Positions 27,435 through 36,264 of a stretch of DNA of 64,000 bases are shown here, piece after piece. Made by a program: the position numbers and the translations under genes. This DNA is from a virus. Under the pieces are notes generated by a model. It searched no databases and had not been told where the DNA came from. It saw only the letters and a program-made list of their open reading frames with translations. Where the stretch lies: the IMG/VR virus record IMGVR_UViG_3300033145_000681, positions 4,355 through 68,354 of that record; one strand, written 5' to 3'. Each line of letters starts with the position of its first letter. Position 1 is the first letter of the stretch.

Positions 27435-28849
27435 CAGAGAGAAACGTTCGCAATCGGAAAGCCTGGGCTGAACAATATCCAAATGAAGACTCATACGGCT
27501 CTGCGTTCGTCGGCTGGATCGTAAGCCACGGAGAGTTGTTCGGAGATGATCATCGTATAGCATCGGTATCGGATCTTGCTCTGAGCCGGGGATGGAAAGC
27601 GGTGCTCGGCATCGCGCGAGCCGTCTGGAAAGAGCACGACGGCGTTACCTTCGAATCTGTCCGGCGCCGCATATCCAAAGAGAAGAAGGCCAGTCTCGAC
27701 ACGCAGAAGCATCTGGTCGAGCTTGTCGGTTGGGCGGAGGAGGTATCTGAGAATCTGACGGAGGATGACTATACCGAGATTGCCGACCAGATCTGGCAGA
27801 AGACCAGGCGCCTGCATTTTGCATCCGGTATGGGATCGATTATCGAGAAGATCGGCCACGGCGATCAGCATCTCGATGCTGGGGTTGAGGAGCTGTACGT
27901 GCTGTGTGACGGCATCCGGAGGATGGGGCAATCCGGCAATGCCGGCACGGCGACGATGATGGAGTTGGGTGCCCGGATACATGATAATTTTGACAAGTCC
28001 TTGGGTATCCCGATCGGTACGGAATTCTATCGGCTCGACCAGGCCACGCTCGGCGGTCATCGCAAAGGACATCTCTGGTTGTTGTGTGGGTACACCAGCC
28101 AGGGCAAGACGTACCTTGCCAGGGAGATCTCCTTCCGGATGGCGATGAGGGGATTCCGAGTCGTATGGTGCTCTCTTGAGATGGGGCTTGATGATATGCC
28201 TGAGTACTTTGTCGGAAGGATGGTTCATGAGATCCGGGCTGGCGGTGTGGATATCGGGCCGGCGATGCAGCGAACGCTTCACGATCATGACAAGGAAGTC
28301 TATCTGGAGGCAGCGAAGCGGTGGGCAGATCCGGCATCGGAATGCGGGAACAATGTCCAGCTCTGGGTTCCGGATACGGATGTGACGTCTCAGGACATTG
28401 CTCAGTATGCAGAGACGGAACATCGGAAGCGGCCGATCGATTTGCTGGTAGTAGATTATTCGGAGCTGATTCAGGCAACCAACATGCGGGACGATTACCG
28501 GATTAGGCTCGGGGAATCGATCCGGGTGATGAAGCTCATCGCCAAGCATCTCGGACGCGGGGACGGTACCCGGGTCCTTCTGCTGCATCAGACCAGCCGG
28601 AAGGGATTCGACAAAGCGATCAACCGCGGTTACTACGTGAAGCAGGACATGGCCGAGACGAGCCACGCAGAGAAGCATGCCGATGTGATCGCCTGGATCT
28701 TGCGCGACGAAGACATGGAGCGTGACAATGAGGCGAAGATCGGGACCGCAAAGAACAGGATCGGTTCCATGCAGCTCGCATACGGTTACAAAGTATACGC
28801 CGACTATACCACTGGCTACATCGGCGATCTGGCTGCCGGGGGGCAATAG
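27431..28849 (+). CDS. dnaB: DnaB-like replicative helicase
   Basis: GYTSQGKT, SLEM, LLVVDYSELI, LLHQTSR, EKHADVI, AKNRIG. Confidence 0.9.
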   Translation: MTERNVRNRKAWAEQYPNEDSYGSAFVGWIVSHGELFGDDHRIASVSDLALSRGWKAVLGIARAVWKEHDGVTFESVRRRISKEKKASLDTQKHLVELVGWAEEVSENLTEDDYTEIADQIWQKTRRLHFASGMGSIIEKIGHGDQHLDAGVEELYVLCDGIRRMGQSGNAGTATMMELGARIHDNFDKSLGIPIGTEFYRLDQATLGGHRKGHLWLLCGYTSQGKTYLAREISFRMAMRGFRVVWCSLEMGLDDMPEYFVGRMVHEIRAGGVDIGPAMQRTLHDHDKEVYLEAAKRWADPASECGNNVQLWVPDTDVTSQDIAQYAETEHRKRPIDLLVVDYSELIQATNMRDDYRIRLGESIRVMKLIAKHLGRGDGTRVLLLHQTSRKGFDKAINRGYYVKQDMAETSHAEKHADVIAWILRDEDMERDNEAKIGTAKNRIGSMQLAYGYKVYADYTTGYIGDLAAGGQ

Positions 28850-28963
28850 GCGTCAAGCGCCTTCTCCCTGCCATAGTATAGGGGTGTTCGAATAACCCCA
28901 CAATTCTAGCCTCTAAGGCCGAATACTCGCATCAAAAAAGATTGCATATAACAGTACAAGAAA

Positions 28964-28992
28964 GTGGCATATCGTAATAAAAACGGTATAAT
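28964..28992 (+). promoter_or_regulatory. AT-rich promoter heading the early-type block
   Basis: GTGGCA-N17-TATAAT in an A-tract-rich 200-bp intergenic region. Confidence 0.55.
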
Positions 28993-29048
28993 CCTTATAG
29001 ATGAGTAAGGAACATAACAACCGGGGCCAGGAAGAAAAGGGGGAGACG

Positions 29049-29243
29049 ATGGGAACGCACAAGTCTACTAAATGTGAAGTTTGCGGGACGATTGTGATCG
29101 TATGGAAACGCAAGGGCATATCGGCGAGGACTCTTCGAGCATTGGCATTGGCTGATCATATCCGCACATTGCATCCTGAACTTTGGAATCCTGCCAAGAG
29201 AGAAGGTATCGAATCCGCAGTTGCTGCCAAGGTGCAGGGATAA
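29049..29243 (+). CDS. small C2H2-like zinc protein
   Basis: CEVC..HIRTLH; SD GGGGGAG. Confidence 0.55.
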   Translation: MGTHKSTKCEVCGTIVIVWKRKGISARTLRALALADHIRTLHPELWNPAKREGIESAVAAKVQG

Positions 29244-29253
29244 GGGAGAGACG

Positions 29254-30039
29254 ATGAACTCCAAGACCAAGCCGAACACTTCGGAGCTTCTCTCTCTGGA
29301 CATGTACGACAAGATCGTGGTGGCCTTCTCCGGCGGCAAGGATTCCGAAGCCTGCATCTTGCATCTTCTCGAGATGGGGGTGCGGAGAGAAGACATCGTG
29401 CTCTGGCATCATCACATCGATGGGGCGCCTGGGCAGGAGCAGGGGTTGATGGATTGGTCAGTGACGGAGGATTACTGCAGGGCCGTCGCGCGTGAACTCG
29501 GAATCGAGATCAGGTTCTCATGGAAGGAAGGCGGCTTTGAAGGTGAGATGCTCAGAGAGAACGCATTGACAGCGCCCACATCATTCGAGATGCACGATGG
29601 TGGGATCAAGACGGTCGGCGGCACTAGGGGCAAGCTCTCCACGCGGAGGATGTTTCCCCAGGTGACGGCGAACCTTTCCGTCAGATGGTGTTCGGCATAT
29701 CTGAAGATCGATGTCTGTAGCGCGGTGTTCGCTAACGATCCGGCATACAAGAATGGGACGTTTCTTCTGATTACTGGAGAGCGCCGTGAGGAAAGCGCAT
29801 CGAGAGCAACCTACGCCGAGGTCGAGAAGCACAGGCGTTCGAACAAATCGCGCCGGGTAGATCACTGGAGAGCGGTTATCGATTGGGACGAGGCGAAGGT
29901 CTGGGGAATCATCGAGCGCTGGAAGATCCAGGTACATCCCGCGTACCGTCTGGGTTGGGGTCGGGTGTCCTGGCTGCTGCGAGCCGAGTTGCGTGTGCCC
30001 AAGGACAAGAACAACCTCGTGGATATTGTAATCGACTAG
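29254..30039 (+). CDS. PAPS reductase-family PP-loop protein, probably C-terminally truncated
   Basis: VVAFSGGKDS, RWCSAYLKID, GERREESASRA, HPAYRLGWGRVS then an abrupt end. Confidence 0.85.
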   Translation: MNSKTKPNTSELLSLDMYDKIVVAFSGGKDSEACILHLLEMGVRREDIVLWHHHIDGAPGQEQGLMDWSVTEDYCRAVARELGIEIRFSWKEGGFEGEMLRENALTAPTSFEMHDGGIKTVGGTRGKLSTRRMFPQVTANLSVRWCSAYLKIDVCSAVFANDPAYKNGTFLLITGERREESASRATYAEVEKHRRSNKSRRVDHWRAVIDWDEAKVWGIIERWKIQVHPAYRLGWGRVSWLLRAELRVPKDKNNLVDIVID

Positions 30040-30091
30040 CCTGACCTGCTGGGGGGCTGTTCGCAGCCGTCCGTTGGGTTTGGAAACGAGG
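30038..30091 (+). ncRNA. structured intergenic RNA motif copy 1
   Basis: AGCCTGAcCTGCT-[9-bp stem with one mismatch, TTCG loop]-GTTGGgTTTGGAAaCGAGG. Confidence 0.6.
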
Positions 30092-30109
30092 CACGGAACA
30101 GGGGGTTGT

Positions 30110-30487
30110 ATGGGAGATGTGAGGGAGGCGGGGTATTACCCGACAAACTGGAAGCCGGACTATAGCCGGATGGTGTTGCTCAACGATTTGTCTGGGCTGG
30201 ACGTGGAAGCGGTGGCCGAAGTGTGTCCGATATGTAACGGTACCGGGACGATGGTGAATCCGAATATCGACGCTCATGGCATCTCGCCTGGCGAGTTCGC
30301 AGAAGATCCCGACTTCGCAGACGAGTATCACCGGGGAGCGTATGACATGGTGTGTTCCGGGTGCCGCGGTTACCGGGTTGTGCTGATACCGGTCAACGTC
30401 GATGATAAGACCGAGTTCGAAGGGTGCAAGCGCGAGGACGCGGCGTACCGTGCCGAGGTCGCTGCCGAGCGTCGGATGGGAGCCTGA
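30110..30487 (+). CDS. hypothetical protein with two CxxCxGxG-like motifs
   Basis: CPICNGTG, CSGCRG, AERRMGA end. Confidence 0.7.
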   Translation: MGDVREAGYYPTNWKPDYSRMVLLNDLSGLDVEAVAEVCPICNGTGTMVNPNIDAHGISPGEFAEDPDFADEYHRGAYDMVCSGCRGYRVVLIPVNVDDKTEFEGCKREDAAYRAEVAAERRMGA

Positions 30488-30534
30488 TCTGCTACCGGCT
30501 CTTGCGGGGGCCGGTGTTGGATTTGGAAGCGAGG
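30481..30534 (+). ncRNA. structured intergenic RNA motif copy 2
   Basis: AGCCTGAtCTGCT-[9-bp stem, TGCG loop]-GTTGGaTTTGGAAgCGAGG. Confidence 0.6.
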
Positions 30535-30548
30535 AAAGGAGGTCTGGT

Positions 30549-30794
30549 ATGAAGAGTGGTCGTAGTTCGGTGGACATGGCAATCGTCAAGGGTGTCCCCA
30601 GGGACGTGAAGGATGCGGTGTTCGCGGCAGAGGAGCAGGTTGATGATATCCTAGTCATTACCGAGTGGGATGCTGCAGAGCGCCAGGTCGAGCTGGATTG
30701 TCGGAGTGGTGACAGCCTGGGCCGGAACGGCGTCGAGCATGTGCTTGGCGAGGCGGGGATCAAGGTGATGTGGCTCGATGGCGGAAAGGTGTAA
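30549..30794 (+). CDS. hypothetical protein
   Basis: Perfect SD AAAGGAGGT. Confidence 0.65.
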   Translation: MKSGRSSVDMAIVKGVPRDVKDAVFAAEEQVDDILVITEWDAAERQVELDCRSGDSLGRNGVEHVLGEAGIKVMWLDGGKV

Positions 30795-31012
30795 TGAAAG
30801 ACGCCGACTACAGAGGATGGGTTCGAGGATTCACATGGAAGGCTCGCATGTTCAATGGTGCGGTTTTTCAGTGGTGGACTCCCCGCGATCTTTGCCGGGT
30901 CGAAGCGCGACGGGAGTTGTTTGCTATAGCAAACGCTTCCTGTGCTGATGACAATCCCGCATACGAGAAAGGCGATATTGATTCGATGTGGGTAACAAAG
31001 GGGGGCAAATGA
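30794..31012 (+). CDS. hypothetical protein
   Basis: TAATG coupling. Confidence 0.55.
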   Translation: MKDADYRGWVRGFTWKARMFNGAVFQWWTPRDLCRVEARRELFAIANASCADDNPAYEKGDIDSMWVTKGGK

Positions 31013-31555
31013 AGTTCGATCTGCTCTATGAGATTAACGAATTGCTGGGGACGAATCACAAGGGCCTCGATGATATTCCCCGGTCGGATTTGTTGAAGGC
31101 GTTGACGGCATTACTGATCGCGGTAGAAATGGAGGGGTTGCGACCATGAATCTTCTGGATGACTGGCGTCCTCCGCAGAAAATTGATCATTTGAAAGGGT
31201 GTGTATTGAAAAACCATGTTCAGGAAGGGGGCGATCAGATGGCAGCGTTGAAATGTTACCGGTGCGGAAGGCGCATAGAAGCGGCGACTCTCAGCGATTG
31301 CTACACGCATGCGCACCAGACTGGCTGGAGGATTGAGACTGAGGATAATCCTGTGGATGTGGCGGCAGAAGATCTCTGTCCGAGATGTTATGCGGAAGTT
31401 TGTTGTTTGAGGGGTAGGATAGTAGATTGATTACCGACTATCAAGTAGAGTGTCTGGGCCGAATGAGTCGCGCCGTGAAGGGCGGCAATAGAGATCTAGC
31501 GTACCAGTGGCTCGGACGGGCACAGGCGATATCAACAATTGGAAAGGAGGATCGT

Positions 31556-31768
31556 GTGAAGTTGAAGACGGTAGACGAGGTTGCGGAGGAGATGAGGGTC
31601 ACGCCTGGGACGGTGTACAAATGGATCAAGGAAGGCTTGCTCGATGCGGACAAGCTGCCGTCCGGGGTCATTCGGATCAGTGAGGAGGCGATCGAGAAAT
31701 TCATGGGCCGTGACAAAGGAGGAGGCGATGCAGTCGGACAGCCGGCCGTACCTGAAGGAACTGCTTGA
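31556..31768 (+). CDS. excisionase-like HTH_17 DNA-binding protein
   Basis: TVDEVAEEMRVTPGTVYKWIKEGLL..IRISEEAIEKF; SD AAGGAGG before GTG; ORF is open from 31427. Confidence 0.85.
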   Translation: MKLKTVDEVAEEMRVTPGTVYKWIKEGLLDADKLPSGVIRISEEAIEKFMGRDKGGGDAVGQPAVPEGTA

Positions 31769-32276
31769 TTTCGAACCGAAGATGAGGAGCATGATCAACA
31801 ACTTCAGATCGGTCGGCTACCGATTCGAAGGCCACGACGAAGAGGATCTCACGCAAGAGCTTTTTGTCAAGGCGCTGGAGATCGAGGGGAAGTACGATGC
31901 AGAGAAGGCGATGCTGCGCACATGGTGGTATCGCTGCTTCACCGCTCATCTCGTCAAGCTCGCAGAAAGATCCGGGAAGATCATGAAGTGGGCAGCCAGG
32001 CTGGAGGATGCGGATATTGTGATCGCATCGCCGGCATTCGTAGAGACGGATGACTGGAGGACCCGGGCCCAGGCGCTCATCGATGAGATGATGCGCGAGC
32101 TTCATGTGGTAGATCCTCCGCTGGCTCGAGTATGCGAAGCGGTAATGGATCTCGATGGCGATATCGATGCCGTAGCGGATCATATGGGGATTCCTAGTTA
32201 CAAGATTGAGAGGGATATGAGAAGGCTCCGGTATTGGGAGCCGTACCGGGAAGCGCTGGAGAGCATCCCGTGGTGA
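31728..32276 (+). CDS. sigma70/ECF-like transcription factor
   Basis: EDLTQELFVKALE..KYDAEK..LRTW (region 2-like); IDAVADHMGIP (region 4 HTH-like). Confidence 0.75.
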   Translation: MQSDSRPYLKELLDFEPKMRSMINNFRSVGYRFEGHDEEDLTQELFVKALEIEGKYDAEKAMLRTWWYRCFTAHLVKLAERSGKIMKWAARLEDADIVIASPAFVETDDWRTRAQALIDEMMRELHVVDPPLARVCEAVMDLDGDIDAVADHMGIPSYKIERDMRRLRYWEPYREALESIPW

Positions 32277-32280
32277 GATC

Positions 32281-32301
32281 TTAATTGCACCGTGCAATTA
32301 A
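32281..32301. promoter_or_regulatory. palindrome copy 3, extended to 21 bp, upstream of parB
   Basis: TTAATTGCACcGTGCAATTAA, 58 bp before the parB ATG; TACAAT at 32319-32324. Confidence 0.9.
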
Positions 32302-32359
32302 AAGTACGCAAGTCCGGATACAATGAAGAGGATAGGGTTTCTACAATAGGAGGTATTCG

Positions 32360-33388
32360 ATGGTTGAAGAGATTGACAAGATCTTAGAGGATTTCGAGGA
32401 TGGGGACAGCGCCCCCGCAGAGCCCGGCAAGAAGCCGGAGGAGGCCGAGAAGAAAGCGGCCGGGAAGGCGCCGGCAGCTGGGAAGGGTACAAAGGCGGCG
32501 AAGAGAACGAAGGTATCAAAGCCGGGGAAGGGTGGCAAGGGATCGAAGCCGGCAGCGGAGCCGAAGGGAGTCCCGGAGCCGACGATCGATCTGCGGCTCG
32601 AGAACGTTCCCTGCACGGCAATCAAGACAAAGGCGCACCAGACGAATACCAGGGAGAAGCTCACGGATGCGGATCTCGAAGACATTCTCGAATCAGCCGG
32701 CACGGCCGGCATCAGGAATCCGATCAGGTTGATCGATGATAAGGATGGATCGTTCACGCTGGTAACCGGAAAGCGGCGTCTGGCTGCCGCGCGGAAGCTG
32801 GCGCTCGAGGAGATCCCTGCTCTGGTCAGCTCTGCCGATGCGGTAGACGTCGAGGTGGATAGTGCGATCGAGAATCTGGTGCGCCGGGATTACGGGCCGA
32901 TCGAGGAGGCGAAGGCATACCATGTGCTGATCAAGAAGCACAAGGTAGATCAGAAGCGGCTGGCGAAGATGGTAGGGCGCAGCGAATCTCACATTTCCCG
33001 GAAGCTCTCGCTCCTGGATGCTCCTGCCAAGACGCAGAAGAAGCTGGAGGCGGGGAAGGTTACGGAGAAGCAGGCGCGGAGCAAGGCTTCGAAGAGCGCT
33101 CCTGGTGCGAAGCGGGGCCCGAAGATGAGCATCATGCCGATACCCCCGGGGGATCTCCCCTATGGCGTATCGCTTTCCGTCCGGGAAGGTTTCGATGTCG
33201 AGTACTCCTCCGCGCTGGGGCTGCCCAGGCAGACCATTACGCTTTCGGTAAAGGTCGATATCAATACCGCGAAGAAGGGACTCGCCAGGTCTGTAGGGAA
33301 GGCCGCGAAGCTGGCGGCGATCAAGATGATCAACGAGATCGTCCCGAAGAATGTAGACTCCGCATACAAGGCCATCAAGGGAGTCTGA
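32360..33388 (+). CDS. parB: ParB/RepB/Spo0J-family protein
   Basis: GIRNPI, LVTGKRRLAA (arginine patch), IENLVRRDYGPIEEA, HTH QKRLAKMVGRSESHISRKLSLL. Confidence 0.92.
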   Translation: MVEEIDKILEDFEDGDSAPAEPGKKPEEAEKKAAGKAPAAGKGTKAAKRTKVSKPGKGGKGSKPAAEPKGVPEPTIDLRLENVPCTAIKTKAHQTNTREKLTDADLEDILESAGTAGIRNPIRLIDDKDGSFTLVTGKRRLAAARKLALEEIPALVSSADAVDVEVDSAIENLVRRDYGPIEEAKAYHVLIKKHKVDQKRLAKMVGRSESHISRKLSLLDAPAKTQKKLEAGKVTEKQARSKASKSAPGAKRGPKMSIMPIPPGDLPYGVSLSVREGFDVEYSSALGLPRQTITLSVKVDINTAKKGLARSVGKAAKLAAIKMINEIVPKNVDSAYKAIKGV

Positions 33389-33702
33389 TGAAGACGTACA
33401 CATCTCGCAAGGAATTCGAGAAGGATAACGAGGCCCGGATCAGCAAGGTCCGGGATACGGACTTCGGTTGCTGGTGGCAGTCGAAGGAGAGGTACCCGGT
33501 ATACCGGATTTCCTGGGTGCCGTCCACCGGGGAGTTCATCGTAGTTGCTACCGCCTTCGGCCACGTCCACGTTACGGATACTGTCATGAAGACGGAAGAG
33601 GAAGCGCGGGGATTCATGATAGGGTGGGAGAGCGATTGCCTTCATCATGTGAAGATGATCGAGGACATTTTCCCGGAGCTTTTAGGGAGGGTAGTGTACT
33701 GA
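33388..33702 (+). CDS. hypothetical protein
   Basis: TGATG-coupled to parB. Confidence 0.65.
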   Translation: MKTYTSRKEFEKDNEARISKVRDTDFGCWWQSKERYPVYRISWVPSTGEFIVVATAFGHVHVTDTVMKTEEEARGFMIGWESDCLHHVKMIEDIFPELLGRVVY

Positions 33703-34202
33703 TGGCGGAGAACAAGATCGACGTACGGGCGAACATTATCAGGCTGAACAATCTCCTGGACGTTCAGCTTCCGGAGGATGCGACGGAGAGCGGGTTCGGT
33801 ACCATCAATCAGGCACTGAGCCTTCTGGCGGCGCATGTCCAGGAAGCGACGATGATCACCAACAGCGCGATCGCGGATCAGGCTTATGCTACGAAGGATC
33901 GAGCCAAGGCGAAGGTGGTGATGGATCTCAAGATGGCTGATCTCCTGGCGAACAATGCGGAGGTTAAGGCTGGCAGCAATGCGGAGTCCAGGGCGGCGGT
34001 GGCGAAGGTGATGATTGCCAAGCAGATTGGCACCTTCGAGAAGAGCGAGATGGATGTCCAGTACCTGAAGGCGCTCGTCCAGGCCGGCGACAATACGCTG
34101 TCCGCGCTCAAGCATACCAAGGAGCTGGCGAGTCACATGCTGAACGTCACGCAGAAGGAGATGGATCTCGGGATGATCACTGGCGAGAGCATCGCCGGAT
34201 AG
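33702..34202 (+). CDS. helical protein, possible UvsY-like recombination mediator
   Basis: All-alpha 166 aa just upstream of SSB and RecA; function inferred from context. Confidence 0.45.
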   Translation: MAENKIDVRANIIRLNNLLDVQLPEDATESGFGTINQALSLLAAHVQEATMITNSAIADQAYATKDRAKAKVVMDLKMADLLANNAEVKAGSNAESRAAVAKVMIAKQIGTFEKSEMDVQYLKALVQAGDNTLSALKHTKELASHMLNVTQKEMDLGMITGESIAG

Positions 34203-34240
34203 AATAGATCAGGGAAACGAAACCACAGAAGGAGAATGAA

Positions 34241-34942
34241 ATGGCAAAGGCAGGGAAGCGGCCGCCAGCTGATGCGCCTAAATCAGCAACGGGAGTTGAC
34301 AAGGACAGGTACCGGGCAGAGGCGGGGCGGCAGGATCTGATCCTGATTCTCTGTGAGCCGAGATGGACTCCGAAGCATTGGACGGGCACCTACTATCTCG
34401 ACTGTCTGCAGGGAGAGAACGAGCCTTGCTGCGAGCACTTCGGGAAGCCGGCGCCGTCGAACACATCGTACATTCTCCATGTCGCGTCCCGGCAGGGGAA
34501 CGGCCCCTGGCAGACGGTCGGCAAGCCGATGGTCTGGGGATTCGGTGACGATAAGTGGGCGCAGTACCAGACGATTCTCCGGGATCATTGCGATAACGAT
34601 TTCGCAAAGCTCCGCGGGATGCTGCTTTCCATTACGTGCCAGAATACGAGCAAGCAGAAGCTCTTCGTTTCGCCGTATCCCAAGACGGACGTGACGCCCA
34701 CGGCGGAGATGGTCAAGAACGCCAAGGCGCGGAAGGAGATGTTCGATGACGATATCACCCTCGACAGATCCGACGTGCTCCGAAGCCTTCAGGAGATGGG
34801 CGCTTCTACCGGATTCGCCCCGGAAGAAAGCGCTTCCGCCGATACTTCGTTCGAGCCGGCTGCGGAAGAAGGGCCCGGAGAGGAAGCTCCTCCGGAGAAT
34901 GTAGACAGCGAGATCGACAATCTTATGGCGGAATGGGATTGA
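34241..34942 (+). CDS. putative single-stranded DNA-binding protein
   Basis: Cys/His cluster, acidic tail ending EIDNLMAEWD, adjacent to RecA. Confidence 0.65.
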   Translation: MAKAGKRPPADAPKSATGVDKDRYRAEAGRQDLILILCEPRWTPKHWTGTYYLDCLQGENEPCCEHFGKPAPSNTSYILHVASRQGNGPWQTVGKPMVWGFGDDKWAQYQTILRDHCDNDFAKLRGMLLSITCQNTSKQKLFVSPYPKTDVTPTAEMVKNAKARKEMFDDDITLDRSDVLRSLQEMGASTGFAPEESASADTSFEPAAEEGPGEEAPPENVDSEIDNLMAEWD

Positions 34943-34951
34943 GTATCCCTC

Positions 34952-35908
34952 GTGCCAAAGAAGCCCAAACAAAGCGTTCTCGGCGCGGCAGCCGAGGATC
35001 TCAAGAAGAAGGGACTGCACCGTCCCGGAAAGCGTACCGTCGAGGTCTTCAAGACAGGGCTCATCGCCTTTGACAAAGGCTTCGGCGGCGGTCTGGTAAG
35101 AGGGAAGATCTACGAGATCGCCGGAAGGGAATCTACCGGCAAGACCACGCTCTGCACGGAGATCGCCAAACAAATTCAGCGCCAGCTGAAGAAGGCGGTT
35201 GTCTATCTTGATTTTGAGCATTCCTATGATGTTGCCTATGCGGCCGCGATGGGATTGGAAGTCGATGACCCGGATGCATTCATATTCGACCAGCCGAACA
35301 GTCTGGAAGATGGGCTCAAGGTAGGCCGGCGTCTGATCGAGACGGGGAAGGTAGGTGCGGTTGTGGTCGATTCCGTAGCCGGCATGTCCCCAAAGTCGGA
35401 GATCAAGGTTAACAAGAAGGGAGAGGAGAGCAGCGCTCCCGCGCAGCAAGCCCAGGCATTCGGGCCGGAGATCCGGAAGTACATCTCCCTCCTGGCGAAT
35501 ACCAATACGATCGGGTTATTCGTTAATCAGACCCGGGTGAAGTTCGCTACCTGGGGCAAGTCAGGAACGACTACGCCTGGCGGCAGCGCTCTGAAGTTCT
35601 TCGCATCCGGAAGGATGATGCTCTTCTGCCGGAGATCCAAGGTCCACCCCGAGGATGGCAAACGCACGAAGATCTGTATCTGGAAGAACAAGACCCTGGG
35701 TGGCGTATGCCAGGACAGCGAATACGAGATCCGGCCGATGATGGGCATCCTCCGGGAAGAGGAACTGCTGGAGATTGCGCAGAACGCCGGGATCATAACT
35801 GACAAGCAGGGATACTATACCCTTGCGGGGAAGAAATTCCGGGGGCGCGAGAAGATCCTGGAAGTACTGCGGGATGAGAGGGTCAGGAAATGGATACTGG
35901 ATCAGTAG
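34952..35908 (+). CDS. recA: RecA-like recombinase
   Basis: EIAGRESTGKTT, YLDFEH, VVVDSVAGM, FVNQTR, TTPGGSALKFFAS. Confidence 0.95.
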   Translation: MPKKPKQSVLGAAAEDLKKKGLHRPGKRTVEVFKTGLIAFDKGFGGGLVRGKIYEIAGRESTGKTTLCTEIAKQIQRQLKKAVVYLDFEHSYDVAYAAAMGLEVDDPDAFIFDQPNSLEDGLKVGRRLIETGKVGAVVVDSVAGMSPKSEIKVNKKGEESSAPAQQAQAFGPEIRKYISLLANTNTIGLFVNQTRVKFATWGKSGTTTPGGSALKFFASGRMMLFCRRSKVHPEDGKRTKICIWKNKTLGGVCQDSEYEIRPMMGILREEELLEIAQNAGIITDKQGYYTLAGKKFRGREKILEVLRDERVRKWILDQ

Positions 35909-36264
35909 AGTACAAAGAAGCGGTCGAGGCAGGGGCCCGAGAGCTGCATAGGGATCTCTGGGATCTTCTGGGTGATAGCGTAGCCCGAGGAGTTTCAGTG
36001 CGTCCGGTTCTGGAGGATATCAGAAAGAAGATAGATCGATTCTGTGCAGCTAACGGATTCGAAGACGTTTTCGCTCGGGTATTCGGGAAGATGATGTGCA
36101 AGACCCTCGATGGTCTTTGTAAAATCAGAGAGATGCAGGTCAAGCTCGGGAAGGCTCGGCTGGAATTGGAAAATGCCCGGTCGAGAGTCAGCGATCTGGA
36201 GGAGGCGCAATATCTCAGGCAGCGGCTCCGGCAGCTCCGCGAAGCAGAGGCGGACGCATTCTGA
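35890..36264 (+). CDS. hypothetical coiled-coil protein
   Basis: Coupled between RecA and SbcC-N. Confidence 0.55.
   Translation: MDTGSVEYKEAVEAGARELHRDLWDLLGDSVARGVSVRPVLEDIRKKIDRFCAANGFEDVFARVFGKMMCKTLDGLCKIREMQVKLGKARLELENARSRVSDLEEAQYLRQRLRQLREAEADAF

Noticed and set aside
29254-30039. PAPS reductase as sulfur donor partner of the sulfotransferases or as a Dnd phosphorothioation system
   Set aside because: It lies 26 kb away, appears truncated, would not synthesise PAPS, and no other dnd genes are present
31427-31768. Excisionase-like HTH as evidence of an integrated prophage
   Set aside because: No integrase, att site or host genes in the window; HTH_17 proteins are often plain regulators
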